Shown piece by piece: positions 1 to 13,489 of a stretch of 64,000 nt of DNA. The stretch is from NCBI RefSeq assembly GCF_009914755.1, contig NC_060933.1. One strand, 5' to 3'. The DNA comes from the human T2T-CHM13v2.0 reference genome, Homo sapiens. The translations under genes and the position numbers were made by a program. Below the pieces are notes generated by a model. The model had not been told where the DNA came from, did no database searches, and saw only the letters and a list, made by a program, of their open reading frames with translations. The stretch's first letter is position 1. Each line of letters starts with the position of its first letter.

Positions 1-678
1 TGCCAATAGAAATGATAAGATTTGTTCTAATGCTTCAGAAATTTGCTTGAAGATAGTAGTGTTAGTAAATATTCAAAAGCTGTTTTCTTACACAGAAATA
101 TTTTTAGCAAAATGAATAATGCAATATTATTAAGCATTGTTTCTGAGATTTTTAAAAAGTATTTTTTTAACCCTTGATGCAATTGCTTGTTTTTACTTTA
201 ATTTTATCTCACCAGCTAGCAAATATATAATAACTTATTTTCATCTTCTTTTATTACCTTAGGCATTCACTATAATTCCTGAATTTAGATTTGGGATAAA
301 ATAGTGTATAATAAAAAAGGCAAACTAGTGTTGTTTATTGAAATCGGGACAAAATTGTGTATATGGTTACATCAGGTATGTTTTCAAAACCATGTTTTAA
401 ATCGCCTGTTTCATCTTTGCATAAGAAATTGTAAACAACCTTCGATTATGTTGAAACTTCAATAATACTAAAACGTTCTCTTTGGCTGTTCTTTATTTTC
501 CAGTCTGTTATTCAAGGACATTTATAATTTTTTGCTTCAATACTTTTCCAAATTACTTTCTTTTTTTCTTTACTTCCTTTTTAGTAAATATTATGTTCTT
601 TCATAATAAGTCTAACTACTTTGTCTGAAGATGATTACCATGTAATATTACTTCCTCCCTGATATTATGCATTTATTT

Positions 679-1095
<417 letters not shown>

Positions 1096-1589
1096 TGACT
1101 TACCTCTTTCCTAAGCTGCTCTAACAAACTTACCGTGGGCACTGTTGCTATTGTATGCACTCTTGTATTTGTCCTGAGATTCCAGCTAGATTGAAAGACT
1201 TCAAGGGTAAAAGAAAAGTATTTGAATTTGTTCAGTATCTATTACCTGTTACATAGTAGAACCTGAATATGTGTGATTTCATTTTAAATCTGTTACTTAT
1301 ATATGGTTATTATAATTAATATTTGTGCATAAGAATTAAACCATAAGCAGCTGAACAGAAAAAAAAGAGAAAATGTCTTAATTAAGGATGATGGACAAAA
1401 GAGAAAATAGACAGTATGCTGGTGGAAACAACGCAGGTACAGAGGCTAGACACGTTTGTTCCCTTAACCACCATTTTGATTAAAGAGGTGTCTGAGCTAA
1501 CTGACCCTGCCCAAGCATGCACATTCTCAGTAGTATCTCTTTTTATCAAGAGCCTCGCCTCAATCCGTGCAGCCTATTCTCAACAACAT

Positions 1590-2556
1590 AGACAGAGTGA
1601 CATTGTCTAAAGTTAAGTCAAATTATCTCAAACCTGTCTTAAAAATCTCCACTGGTTTCCCTTTTGGCTCAGAATGAAAACAAAATTACTTATTATGAAC
1701 CATGTATGAGTCAAGATACTTTATAAGCAGTAACAAGCAGCCCCCAGAGTCTTAGTGGTTTCAAATACAACCCAAGTTTACTTCTGCCTTCTGCTATGTT
1801 TTCATTGCGGAGGTTGTGAGTTCTTTCCTTTATAGGCATCCAGGGATAAAGACTGATAGAGCAGGCAATATCTCAAGTACGTTTGACACCATGCTGAGGC
1901 AAGTATATACTCTGGACTCTGGCCTACAAGAATTACATGTCATGTTTTGCTCACAAATCTTTGTCCAGAGCCCTTTTACATAACTGCACTGAAACATGGG
2001 GGCAGGAAATAGAAATATACCTGAAATGGTACTTGAAAAGGTACCCATGGGGCCTTATGTGATCACATCAGCCTCTGCCCATGTTACCTCTGAGATCTCA
2101 TCTCCTATTACTCTCGCCCTTACTTGATTTCAATTCTGCCACAATAGCTTCATTGCTGCTACATGAACACCCCATGCATGTTCTTACTGTTGCCTAAAAT
2201 GTCTTATTTTAGGTATCTCCATGGTTAACTCCCTCCCTGCTCTCTGATCTTTACTCAAAAGAGACTGTTTCAAGGGGAACTCCCCTTGTTGTTTTATCTA
2301 AAATGAATGTCTCTGTAGATGTGTAAACAAATTATCATGACTGTATCCCAATAAAACTTTATGGACACTGAAAAATAGTGAGTGCCTCCCCACCTGCATG
2401 TTTTTTTTTCTCCTTGTTCACATAATATGTTGTCAGGGTCTCCCGGAAAATTAAAATTTAATGAAGAGCGGGAATTTTCATTTGCTTTGTGCTGCTATAT
2501 TTTCAGCATATAGAACAGTGCCTCACCATGATAAGTGTTTAATAAATATTTGTTTG
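1590..2556 (+). mobile_element. L2 (L2a-like) 3' fragment, interrupted by an MLT1 LTR
   Basis: Ends in the L2 terminus agaacagtgcct...aataaatatttgttt; degenerate L2-like sequence on both sides of 1703-2047. Boundaries approximate. Confidence 0.65.
1703..2047 (-). mobile_element. Old MaLR LTR (MLT1K/L-like)
   Basis: tgtatgagtc...gcagtaacaagcagcccccagagtcttagtggtttcaaatacaac resembles the reverse complement of an MLT1 3' end. Confidence 0.6.
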
Positions 2557-2649
2557 CATACATCTTAAGTAAAAATTATTAACAAGCCTCTTAACTTATT
2601 GCAATTATGACCACAATAGCATACTTGTAATTACAGTTTATAATTATTT

Positions 2650-2806
2650 GGCTACCATATGAATGTCTATTACATGCAAGCATTTTACTAGGTACTTTCT
2701 CATGGGCTGACTCATTTTGTTTCATGATAGCCCTGTAAAGTAGATACAGTCATCCCATTTTACAAATGAATAAGCTCTAAGAATTAGTTTGCTTAAGAAC
2801 CCACAG
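2650..2806 (-). mobile_element. MIR
   Basis: MIR core catcccattttacaaatgaa with flanking similarity. Confidence 0.7.
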
Positions 2807-3029
2807 GAATAAAACTAAGTTACCTGAACATGGTAAAGTTTTCATTTAATGTTTGGTTTTAGCTAAATAATTCTCCCTATAGACCTTTAAGTGTAAGAAC
2901 AATATTATTTGTTCTAATGATAAAAGGAGGTAGGAGAAATTTGGTTACCTGCAATGATTTTCAAGTCATGAAAGTATACCAAATAAACATTTCACATTCA
3001 CATTTCTGCAACTTTTCCAAGGATAATAC

Positions 3030-3165
3030 CAGTCCTGAATCTTAACTAGATATTAGAATTATTTGGAAGCTTTAAAAAATGCTGATGACTAGTTCTCACC
3101 CACAGAAATACTGATTTAATGTACCCCAGGTAATTCTAATATGCAACTACCATTGCGAACCACAG
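3030..3165. mobile_element. MER5-type hAT-Charlie MITE, degenerate
   Basis: attagaattatttggaagctttaaaaaatgctgatg...ccccaggtaattctaatatgca...tgcgaaccac. Confidence 0.65.
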
Positions 3166-5204
3166 AATTCGACGATTAGCTTAATCACTGAGTTTCCAGT
3201 GGTAGTGGTGGTGGAGATTTGTTGATACTGTTTGTCAGAAATGAGGAGTGTCTACTAATTTGTTTAAACTGAGTTGGATACCATTTCCCATTAATTTCAT
3301 TGATAGAGGAAAATAATGAGGTAAGCATTAATTTCTTAAAATCTGGCACACATTTTCACACATACATCTTTCTCATCAGTCTTCTGTGTTTTTTTTTTTC
3401 AAGGGGAAAAATACGTTTTCTGATTTTGGTAAAAATAAATTGAAAAAGTTATTGGAGAATAGAGAAAAATTATGTCAACTACTATCCAATTTCCTTTTTG
3501 AGTTGTCAAATTGTTGTGGTTGGCAGAGGGTCAGAACCTACAAAAAGTCACTGTTTTATCTGGGATTATTTACATTTTCCTTCAAGTATCCAGTCCTGGT
3601 TTTGTACACTAAGGAAGTCAACTCCATTCTGGGGAATTGCTCTGAATGTGTTTTTGTTCTTGCATTGACAGAATTCTTGGTTTATCAGTACAGATGGCAT
3701 GCTTCAATAGTGTAGTCATGCAGATCTTACTACATAGACTTCATTTCTCTTTAGGATGGCCAATATCATGAAAGGATGGTAATTCTCCAATTTTTCCATG
3801 AAATAACCATAATGGGTGTTAATATTAGTATTTGTTTTTACCTGTAACAATCTCTATTTTTTTAGCCATAATTTCAATTATGTTATAATAAAAAGAATTA
3901 AAGTGCTAATATGAGCATCTAATTCTGTTTTCCTCCTGGTGACATCTCCACAAAGTTGAGTTGCTTTAACTTTATTCTTATCTTTATTCAGACACTGAAA
4001 TATTCTCAATCCTGGTGGTGAAAAATGGCCCATTATTTTAGTCCAGCTCATGAATTAATTCAATAGCTAGGCATAGTAACCTGGAAGGTGTTGGCTTCTA
4101 TTTCAGATAAATTATTGTGAGAAAAAAATACAAAAGATTTGTTACAAATCGTGTGAATGATACAGCACCTTTATGGCATACAGTTTGTACAGTTAAAAAA
4201 CAGCAAGTCTCTACCTCAGCTAATGCAATGTATATGCTACTCAGTGTTTCTAGGGTTGCAAAATGCCTGTAGAGCTGTCCCCGAAGAGATTTACTATTAG
4301 GATTCAGTTCTAGAATAAATGAGGAAGGGGTAATTCTCATTTCCTATTATTTATGAACTATCCTTGACTTATCATTCAAGCTCTCTAACTCAGTCAGCGT
4401 GCCTCAAATTCCTCACACTTTGTGCTTCAAATGCATACCTCGAAACATTGTTCGTCACACGCAACATGCTCTATCACAACAAATCACAACTTTTTGAAGA
4501 GCTTTTGAAATTTTAACTCTGTTGTCTTTCTGGGATTATCCTTTCTTCCTCTTAATGCTATGCTAAAAACATACACAACGTAGCCTAATTTAATGGTACC
4601 TATGATTTTGATTCACATTTATCTGGAAAATTTTCTCTTCTTTCTTAGGCAGTGGGACTTCTTTTGAATCAAAGAGCTTTTCAAACCATGTAAGGGCACA
4701 TGGTTGTACAAGGGCTAACCAGAATTCTCACTGTACATAAAAAGAGGCCTTCTGGTTTTGAAATCTTTTATAGGTTTCTTCAATTACCTGTCATTAACAC
4801 AACATGTGAGTTTTACTTCCAGTGCAGCTTTGCTTATTTCCTTGTCGGAGGATCTTGTATTAGATTTCTTGCTATATTCTTTATCATGTGCTCCAACATG
4901 CTCTATACTAAATTATCCCTTAAAAGGTTGACACAGAAAGTCCTAGAATCTGTTTGATTCTGCAAGGCCTTTGAAAGATGGACCCACAACCAGATGAGTT
5001 TTATTTGAACTGCATGTCTCATTTACACACTCCAGTTCTACGTTAATATTTTCAAGACTCAGCTTGGAAGAAAAGAGAGTACTGAAGTAGCATCTTACTA
5101 TACCATTTATGTAGATTTTATTGTACCCAGATTTCTTCAAATAGCCTAAAAAGTACTGTGTTTGGAATTAGAGAACAATTTAATTCCTCACTCTCTTACA
5201 TGTT

Positions 5205-5633
5205 TGTATTAGGGTTCTCTAGAGGGACACAACTAATAGAATATATATAAGATGGGGAGTTTATTAAGTATTAACATATACAATCACAAGGTCCCACAGT
5301 AGGCTGACTACAAGCTGAGGAGCAAGGAGAGCTGGTCCAAGTTTCAAAACTGAAGAACTTGGAGTCCAATATTCGAGGGCTGGAAGCATCCAGCACAGGA
5401 GAAAGATGTAGGCTGGGAGACTAGGCCAGTCTCGCCTTTTCACATTTTTCTGCCTGCTTTAAGTTCGCTGGAAGATGATTAGAGGGTGCCCACCAGATTA
5501 AGGGTGGTTCTGTCTTCCCCAACCCACTGACTCAAATATTAATCCCTTTGGCAACACCCTCACAGATACACCGGAGATTAATACTTTGTATTCTTCAATC
5601 CAATCAAGTTGACACTCAGTATTAACCATCACA
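5205..5633 (-). mobile_element. MLT2A (HERV-L) solo LTR
   Basis: tgtattagggttctctagaggg...caatcaagttgacactcagtattaaccatcaca; TG..CA termini; 5-bp TSD atgtt/atatt. Confidence 0.92.
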
Positions 5634-5765
5634 ATATTAAATGGGCCATGTTGAGAAACTCTAAAAATCTTGAACTTCAAATTTCTTTATTGCTACTTTT
5701 CTTTCAAGCCTATTTGAGTTAAATGGATTTGTGTATTGGCTGAGGATCTAAAAGCACCATACAAA

Positions 5766-6111
5766 TGTGCTAGACATTCTTTTGCTGCTCAAGATTCAAA
5801 ATCTCTCTTTCTCCAACCTGCTCTGTGCTCCAGGAACTGAGCCTATGCTTAAAGAAGACTTCCCTGTCCTCTAGCTCTCAGTTGGACAGGGAGAAGCGCT
5901 AACGGAAAGCGGGAAGGAGGAAGGATGGAGAACTCAAGGCATGTTTTCTACTGGCTTCCTCTTTGCTAGCTCGCAGTTTGCCATTGACGGTCTCTGCTAT
6001 TAATATTTTTCTCTACCAATATCTACAACTGTTTTTGGGTGTTCACTCTCCCATACCTACAGTTCCAGATGGTTCCTGGTAACTGCTCCTTCCTAGCTCC
6101 TTCAGGTCCAA
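5766..6111 (+). mobile_element. LTR33-like ERVL LTR, 3'-truncated
   Basis: ctccaacctgctctgtgctccagga...ttccctgtcctctagct...ctccttcaggtcc resembles LTR33; it stops at an Alu fragment. Confidence 0.6.
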
Positions 6112-6164
6112 GCCTTGGCCTCCCAAAGCTCTGAGATTACAGGTGTGATCCACCATGCCCAGCC
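6112..6164 (-). mobile_element. Alu 5'-end fragment (about 53 bp)
   Basis: gccttggcctcccaaagctctgagattacaggtgtgatccaccatgcccagcc is the reverse complement of the Alu head. Confidence 0.88.
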
Positions 6165-6425
6165 TGCACCAACATTATTTTGATACACAGTTTTAATAAT
6201 TATTTTTGAGATATATACATATATGTATTTATGTGTTCTAAAGAAAACCATACATTTAGGAATGGGATAGTGTGTCTGCATGTATGTGTGTATGTAGAAA
6301 ATTTAGAAAAATATAAATCTCCATATATCAATATAAATTTTCTCATTAATAGATTAATTATCTACATCTATATAGATATATCAAAAATAATTCTTAAAAC
6401 TGTACATCAAAATACTATTGATGCA

Positions 6426-6707
6426 GGCTGGGCATGGTGGATCATACCTGCAATTTCAGAGCTTTTGGAGGCCAAGGCAGGAGGATTGCTTGAAGCCAGG
6501 AGTTTGAGACTGGCCTGGACAGCATAGCAAGACTCCACCTCAACAAACAAATAAATTAGCCAGGTATGGTGGCTCACACTTGTAGTCCTAGCTACTTGGG
6601 GACTTAAGTGGGAGGATTGCTTGAGCCCAGGAGGCCAAGGTTGCAGTGAGCAATGAGCTATGATCATACCACTACACTCCAGCCTGGTTGACAAAGATAG
6701 ACCCTGT
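6426..6707 (+). mobile_element. AluJ lacking its own A-tail
   Basis: J diagnostics (gaggattgcttga, gagctatgatcatacc); ends at agaccctgt and runs directly into L1. Confidence 0.92.
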
Positions 6708-7052
6708 ATGCAGCCATGAAAAAGGATGAGTTAATGTCCTTTGCAGGGACATGGATGAAGCTGGAAACCATCATTCTCTGCAAACTAACACAGGAGCAGA
6801 AAACCAAACACTGCATGTTATCACTTATAAGTGGGAGTTGAACAATGAGAACACATGGGCACAGGGAGGGGAGCATCACACACTAGGGCCTGTCAGGGGT
6901 GGGGAGCTAGGGGAGGGATAGCATTAGGAGAAATACCTAATGTAGATGACGGGTTGATGGGTGCAGCAAACCACTATGGAACGTATATACCTATGTAACA
7001 AACCTGCACACTCTCCACATGTATCCCAGAATTTAAAGTATTAAAAAAAAAA
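6708..7052 (+). mobile_element. L1PA 3' end (L1PA7/8-like) with A-tail
   Basis: atgcagccatgaaaaaggatgag...gatgacgggttgatgggtgcagcaaacc...atttaaagtattaaaaaaaaaa. Confidence 0.93.
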
Positions 7053-7148
7053 CTGTTGATGCAGATACTTACGTATTAATCGATAAGGTTGAAGCTACTA
7101 TAATAGTACTTAAAATTAATACTCTAAACCAGTAGAAAAAAATGTGTG

Positions 7149-7151
<3 letters not shown>

Positions 7152-7183
<32 letters not shown>
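7152..7183. repeat. (AC)16 microsatellite
   Basis: Pure AC run. Confidence 0.97.
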
Positions 7184-7185
<2 letters not shown>

Positions 7186-8669
7186 TATCTCAAATAGAAA
7201 TCACTCATAACTCCATGGCTAGAGTAGCTTTATTCCTAATCCAAAAAGCTTTTTGACAGAGTGATACTTTATTGTTATCAAGTTATTTTTGCACTCAAAT
7301 GTGAGAAAATCTGGGGTGTGGCAATTTCTAGATTATTCTCCTAGAAAACCTTGGCTATAAGAGTTTGAGGATATTCATCTTTGAGGTTCATATGCATTCT
7401 CCTCTCTCATGGATGTACCATGCCTACATCCCACACTCAGCTCACCAGCTGAAAATCCACCTTTACTCTTTCAGATGCTTATGTATTATTATTCAAATAA
7501 CTTTCCATCTGCTCTAAACACTTTTAATAATAAGGCAATTTGCAAACAAACAACGTTATTTGTAACCAGTGACTAGTGGCATTCATTCCAGAAACAATGT
7601 TACCCAGCTGAATACTACTGCTCTCAAAGCTCAGCCCATAGTCCTTCAAGCACAGCACAAGTGGGAGTCTCTGTTTTAGGAACATTCTTCACAGCTCCCT
7701 AGTGTTCCAGGAGTAAGTTAACTCTCCATTCATTATTCACATGTCTACCTCTTTAGTTCCATTCTGAGACAGGATAAAAACTGGCTTCTTGTTGAATGCA
7801 ATTTACCTCAACCCAAAGTTGCCATTCTGTTCCTTGTGGTTTGAGGTTTGGTTTTTTTGTTTGTTTGTTTTGTTTCTATTTTATTTTTTTATTTTTAAGA
7901 AAACATTAAACAATGGCAGTTGTTCTAATCATTGCTCTTTCTGGGCTTTGACTCGGCTATAAAGGGAACTTGGTATTAGGATATGTATATAATTTCTGCC
8001 AGATATTTTTCATCTATTTATATTTCATTGTAAAATTTATCACAGTTTTCTGCGCTATTTACAACATTGTATGTACTTATATTGAGATGAAACCAGTCTT
8101 CCCTGAGAAGACTCACTTTTGCTTTTGAACCTATCATCTCAGTTACCGTCAAACACTAAAGTGATGGTTTGAATTTGTGATAATGTGTCTCCTATCTCTT
8201 GGTGTGGAATATATTCTTACTAGGATTACCTGAATTAAATTGCTAACCTTAAGAATGAAGGGAAGATGCTTATTATTTCAGCTCTTGATAGATTTTAACT
8301 TTATGAGATTTATAATTAGTGTGAGTAAGATCAATGATATTTGAAGTTCATTGAATTTTCAGCTAGGTGATACTCACTATTTTCTTTTGGAGCACCCACT
8401 CAATATAAGCCTTTGTTGGTCTGACAAAAATTGCATTCAGTGTGATATTTTGGTAAGTACTCTAGCATAAGAAAAAGTGCTTGGATTCCCCTAAACTTAT
8501 GTTTGCATATAGATTCTCATACTTATTAGTTACATTAGGTTGGCCAAATTTAATACTGTATTGTATTGATTTAAAATTTGTATCGAACATGAGAGGCTAA
8601 AAATACCTGCCATAGCTGGTTGTGAATAGCTAATCAACAAATATATTGTAAATTTTCCCACTTATACTC

Positions 8670-8997
<328 letters not shown>

Positions 8998-9087
8998 TCT
9001 AGTCTTCTTTTTCACTTTTCTTATATTGCAGATTAGGAAAACTAACTACTAGGAGGTATGCAGGGAAAAGGCAGACTTTTACTAATG

Positions 9088-9272
9088 TTTTTTAAATTGT
9101 GATAAAATACACATAACATATAGCTTACCATTTTAAGCATTTTTCAGTGTACAGTTCAGTAGAGTCAAATTCATCCACGTTGTTTTCCACCAAACACCAG
9201 AATGCTTTTCATCCAGCAAACTATAATTCTATACCCATAAAATAGCAACTCACTAGGCACCCTTTCTCCCAC
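9088..9272 (-). mobile_element. L1MB-like 3' end
   Basis: aaattgtgataaaatacacataacata...accattttaagcatttttcagtgtacagttcagt. Confidence 0.8.
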
Positions 9273-9597
9273 AGACTTGTTGTTTTATAAATATTTTTAT
9301 GATCACAGCAAACTTAGTAAAAATTAAAGATTTATTCCAAATCATTGTGCTTCATTAACATGAGTTATAATCACATTTACTATACAACTCATTTTCCAAA
9401 AAAAATTCTATTTTAAAAGATAAATCTACTCTTTTCAAGTAAAGTTCATTTGTTAAAAGAATATGGAAATTATTTTACTGGTTTCCTCAAACTTGCTTTT
9501 AGAAAACAGTTACTACATCTATAAATAGATAGAATGTGTGGGTTAGGATCTTTGCTACGGATAAGTCATGTTTGATAACAAACTTGTGGGGCCTGAA

Positions 9598-9899
9598 TTT
9601 TTTTTTTTTTTTTTTTTTTTGAGACTGAGTCTCACTTTGTCACCAGGCTGGTGTGCAGTGGCGTGATCTTGGCTCGCTTCAACCTCAGCCTCCCGGTTTC
9701 AAGTGATGTTCCTGCCTCAGCCTCCCAAGTAGCTGGGATTACAAGCACATGCCACCACTCCCAGCTAATTTTTGTATTTTTAGTAGAGACGGGGTTTCAC
9801 CATGTTGGCCAGGATGGTCTCCATCTCCTGACGTTGTCATCTGTCGGCCTCGGCCTCCCAAAGTGCTGGTATTACAGGTGTGAGCCACCACGCCCAGCC
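9598..9899 (-). mobile_element. AluSc
   Basis: T-tail; Sc diagnostics tgtcaccaggctgg and aggatggtctc; ctgaa on both flanks. Confidence 0.95.
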
Positions 9900-10261
9900 C
9901 TGAAATGTTTAACTGTTGGCCAGCTCTCTCCTGACTCTAATCTTGGCTTAAAATGTGAATATTTTTATAGATATTTTAAACTTTGCTCAAAGTAGGTTAA
10001 TACTAATTTCTAGAGTTGTATGTATATATACATATAACACACAACTTACATATATATATGCATACACAGAGATAGAGGTTTATTTTCCTATTTTTGAATT
10101 TTTAGTTTCCATTTATATGGGTTATAGTCTGGGGAAATAAATAAATAATTGACTCAGGAACATGGAAACAATTATTCTTAAGTATCATTTAGGTATTTTT
10201 TTAACTCAGAAACATTTGTGTTTGATTTCAATAAGAAAGAACATACTCTGCTATATAATAG

Positions 10262-10380
10262 CCTTTAGTTGTAAAGATTAAGCAAATTAATAAATGTAAA
10301 GCACTTAAAGCAACACATATAGAAACATAGAAATTACTCAAAGATTGTTAGCTATTATAATTATTGCTGCTGTTACTGTC
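10262..10380 (+). mobile_element. MIR 3' part
   Basis: gttgtaaagattaagcaaattaataaatgtaaagcactta...tgttagctatta. Confidence 0.65.
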
Positions 10381-11323
10381 ATCATTATTACTTGAGGGAT
10401 TAAATGGAATGAACAGCGAGCCTTATTTTTACCAGAGTTACAGTTGGCAAACCTCAGAGATACACTCTACCCAAGATACCTGCCCTTGAAAATATGCGTC
10501 CAAAGTGTATCTTATAGGTGGTAAATACTATGAATGAATTAGGTTCTTTAATTCTGCAAATGCAAGGTACCTTCCAATCTAAAATATATGTTAGACATAA
10601 TCTAAATCTTTGTGCCTTCTTTAAAAAAGCAGCAACTAATATATAGCTTTTTAATTGGAAATATCTTTTAAAAATGTGTATGCCTCCTAAATTACATTTG
10701 CAGCTAAAAGATTAAACCTCTGCTTTGCTCTCTGTGGATGTTATTGTCTATATTCATAACTCAAACAGAAGTAACTTGCTAATTTTTGTATTTTTAGCAA
10801 AGAAAGGAGGAAGCATTGTGTTCCTTCTTATTACTGCAAAAGTGCATTTGAGTGTGAGAGGAAAGATGCAGAGGGTATTTCAAAATGCTCTCATTATTAT
10901 GAGTTGAGCTTTTATTTCTTTCAGGGTACTTTTTAGAATTCATTTTACAATAGATGCAAACTTTTCCCACATAATAATACTTTATTTAATTCCAATTGAA
11001 TCCCACCTTCACATTCAATTTCATTGAATTTCAGTCTTTAAAAATCTTCCCCATTCCCCTACTTGCAATATTGTGATCTCTACATTTGGAGAGATACTTC
11101 AGGATAACAGCTATCATTGGCCAAGCCTGTATGGCTATAAAGCCTAGTAGCTCTTCTAATTTTCTTCCACATTTGGTAATCTTTGTACAGCCTTGGAAGC
11201 AAAGTTAAACTATTACATTTCTATTCTAACAGAGTCCAGACTTCTGGAACTGAAAAACCAGGAATGCAATTTGTCCGTAGGCTACTTCTCTTTGATTCAG
11301 TACATAATGAGCCCCTTTCTAAA

Positions 11324-11520
11324 TTAGTGGCCCATAATCTTTAGTGTGTATCAGAATCACCTGAGAGCTGTATAAAGCACACATTGCTGGGCTCAACCAC
11401 TAGAGTTTCTGATTCTGTAAGTGTAGGGTATTCGCAGGGATGGAGAATTTACATTTCTAACAAGTGGTCAGGTGTAGCTAATGCAACTGGTCTGATGTCC
11501 TTACTTTGAGAAACTATACT
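11324..11520. mobile_element. MER5A
   Basis: tcagaatcacctgagagc...agagtttctgattctgtaagtgt...gagaatttacatttctaacaag...actttgagaaacta. Confidence 0.85.
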
Positions 11521-12049
11521 TTGAGAACTCTTTACAGGGTGTGTGGTGAGGTAAATGTTCTATGAAAAGGAAAAAAAGAAGGTGCATATCTCAATACATT
11601 ACCTTGCCCAATTTTTTGCAGGTATATAGGGAGTGCATGTACAGAATATACAGCCAGACAATGAGTGATTAAAAGCTTGGCATTGACATACACTTGGAAA
11701 ACTTACAGAATCTGTTTTCTCATCACTTTAACTAACAGAAGCTTCTTGCAAGAGTGGTTGTGAATATTCAATAGTACTTTCAAAAATGCCAATTACTGTC
11801 TTACTTTTACAGATCTTTCCAAAATATCAGTGTGGAAAATGGAAACAGCACAGTCTTTGGAGTAAGACATGTCTGAGTTGAAACTTTGGTTTCCTACCAC
11901 ATCCCAAATCTATGCACAACAGGTGAATTGGCATGTATCCATGATCCCAGTGTGATACATGTATAAAAACATTAAAAATAAAACAAATGGAGTGACCTGC
12001 AGGTTATTTACATATTCTAAGTTGACAGAGATTTAAATAAATTACATTA

Positions 12050-12260
12050 TTAAATCAGAAATCAGAAGATTTGTAAGTTCCTATTGGGATAAAAGGGGAC
12101 TAACATCAGGACAGGGAACCCAGGGGCTTTGAAGATATGGATAGAATTCTATTTCTGAAGATGTTTGGTAGGTTTATGGGTGGTATGTTTTGTTATTCTT
12201 TAAAATGTGCAAATACATTATTGTGTTCTTAATATTTTTGGAGTATATCATTTGTACAGT
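12050..12260 (+). mobile_element. L1ME-like 3' end
   Basis: ggggctttgaagatatggatagaattctatttctgaag...gttttgttattctttaaa. Confidence 0.55.
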
Positions 12261-13489
12261 ACAAATGAATGCACTGGAATATATAAATATGCCAGTGAGT
12301 TTTACTGCAGGAAATAAATTAATTTTAAATTATGTTACAAACATCAAAATAATACTTTAAAAATTTTTTGGACTAGAATAAGAATGATACTGAGATGATC
12401 ACCTCTGGGCTTCCTCCCTCACCTTTGAACATCCTATTCATCCGATGAGTTATACGCAGCACCCCTCTTCTTGTGGAAACTGGAATAATCCATTTATTTC
12501 CTTTGAATAGCTCTTCATCATTTTCATTGATTTCCTTTCTGTGAGTAAAATATTCTTTGATTTCTTATGTCATTTTACTTTTCTCTTCAGGCTATCCATC
12601 TCTTCTCATGCCTTGTAACCTCTGGGAGCTCCCGTTCTCTGATTACTTCTCTGACTTAGGGTAGATTTCCTTCGAAACTGCTGAGGCATTTTTTTCCTCC
12701 ATCACCCCAACTATGTGTGTGTATTCTACTGTATCGATATCTGCCATAATTTGATGTACTTGAAATTCCCTTTCTTTCTTGTTCCCGTCTGTCATGGCAA
12801 GCAACATACACAAAGGATCTCTGCAATAAGCAATTTTCTTGCTGGACTGCTGTGGGCAGTGACTGGGACTTTTATAGTAAGTATTTATGCTGTTAGTGCC
12901 AGGAAGATTTGAGACAGCATTATCCTGAGAACACCAAGCCCTGTATTGCACTTCTATTTCAGGGGCAATTATTGGACAGTGCATGGAAATGTTACAGAAA
13001 AAAAACCCACACTATTTTCTAACAGGCAAGTTAAACAATGCCAATGATTGCTGATAATTCACATAAATACTACACATTACAACTTTACGATGCAGCAAAT
13101 ACTGTGCTATGCTGATTTTTCATTTTAACAATGTAAAAACTTTGATCTGACAGTAATAGGCAAAAGGCCCAATTGAAGAAAAGAAATTAGGAGGAGAAGA
13201 GAGGATTGGACCAGAGAAAAATTATGAAAGAAATAATTCCCTTTGGGTACTGATGTGTTACTTGTAGTTTATGAAACTTAATCGGGAGATAAAATTCTGG
13301 ATAAGAACATAATAAAAAACTTTTAATTTCTTGTTCTCTGTCAGCATAATCCACTTTTATGTGCCTCGGCTTTTTCATATGCTCCATCAAGGCTAAGAGA
13401 TATCACGTAAAAACTTTGGGGAATGAACTTCTAAATTGGCCCCTTATATCAAGAAGCCTAAAATCAAATGCTGTCATTCACTTTTTAAA

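Noticed and set aside
10778-10797. 20-bp match to the Alu linker, gctaatttttgtatttttag
   Set aside because: Low complexity with no flanking Alu similarity.
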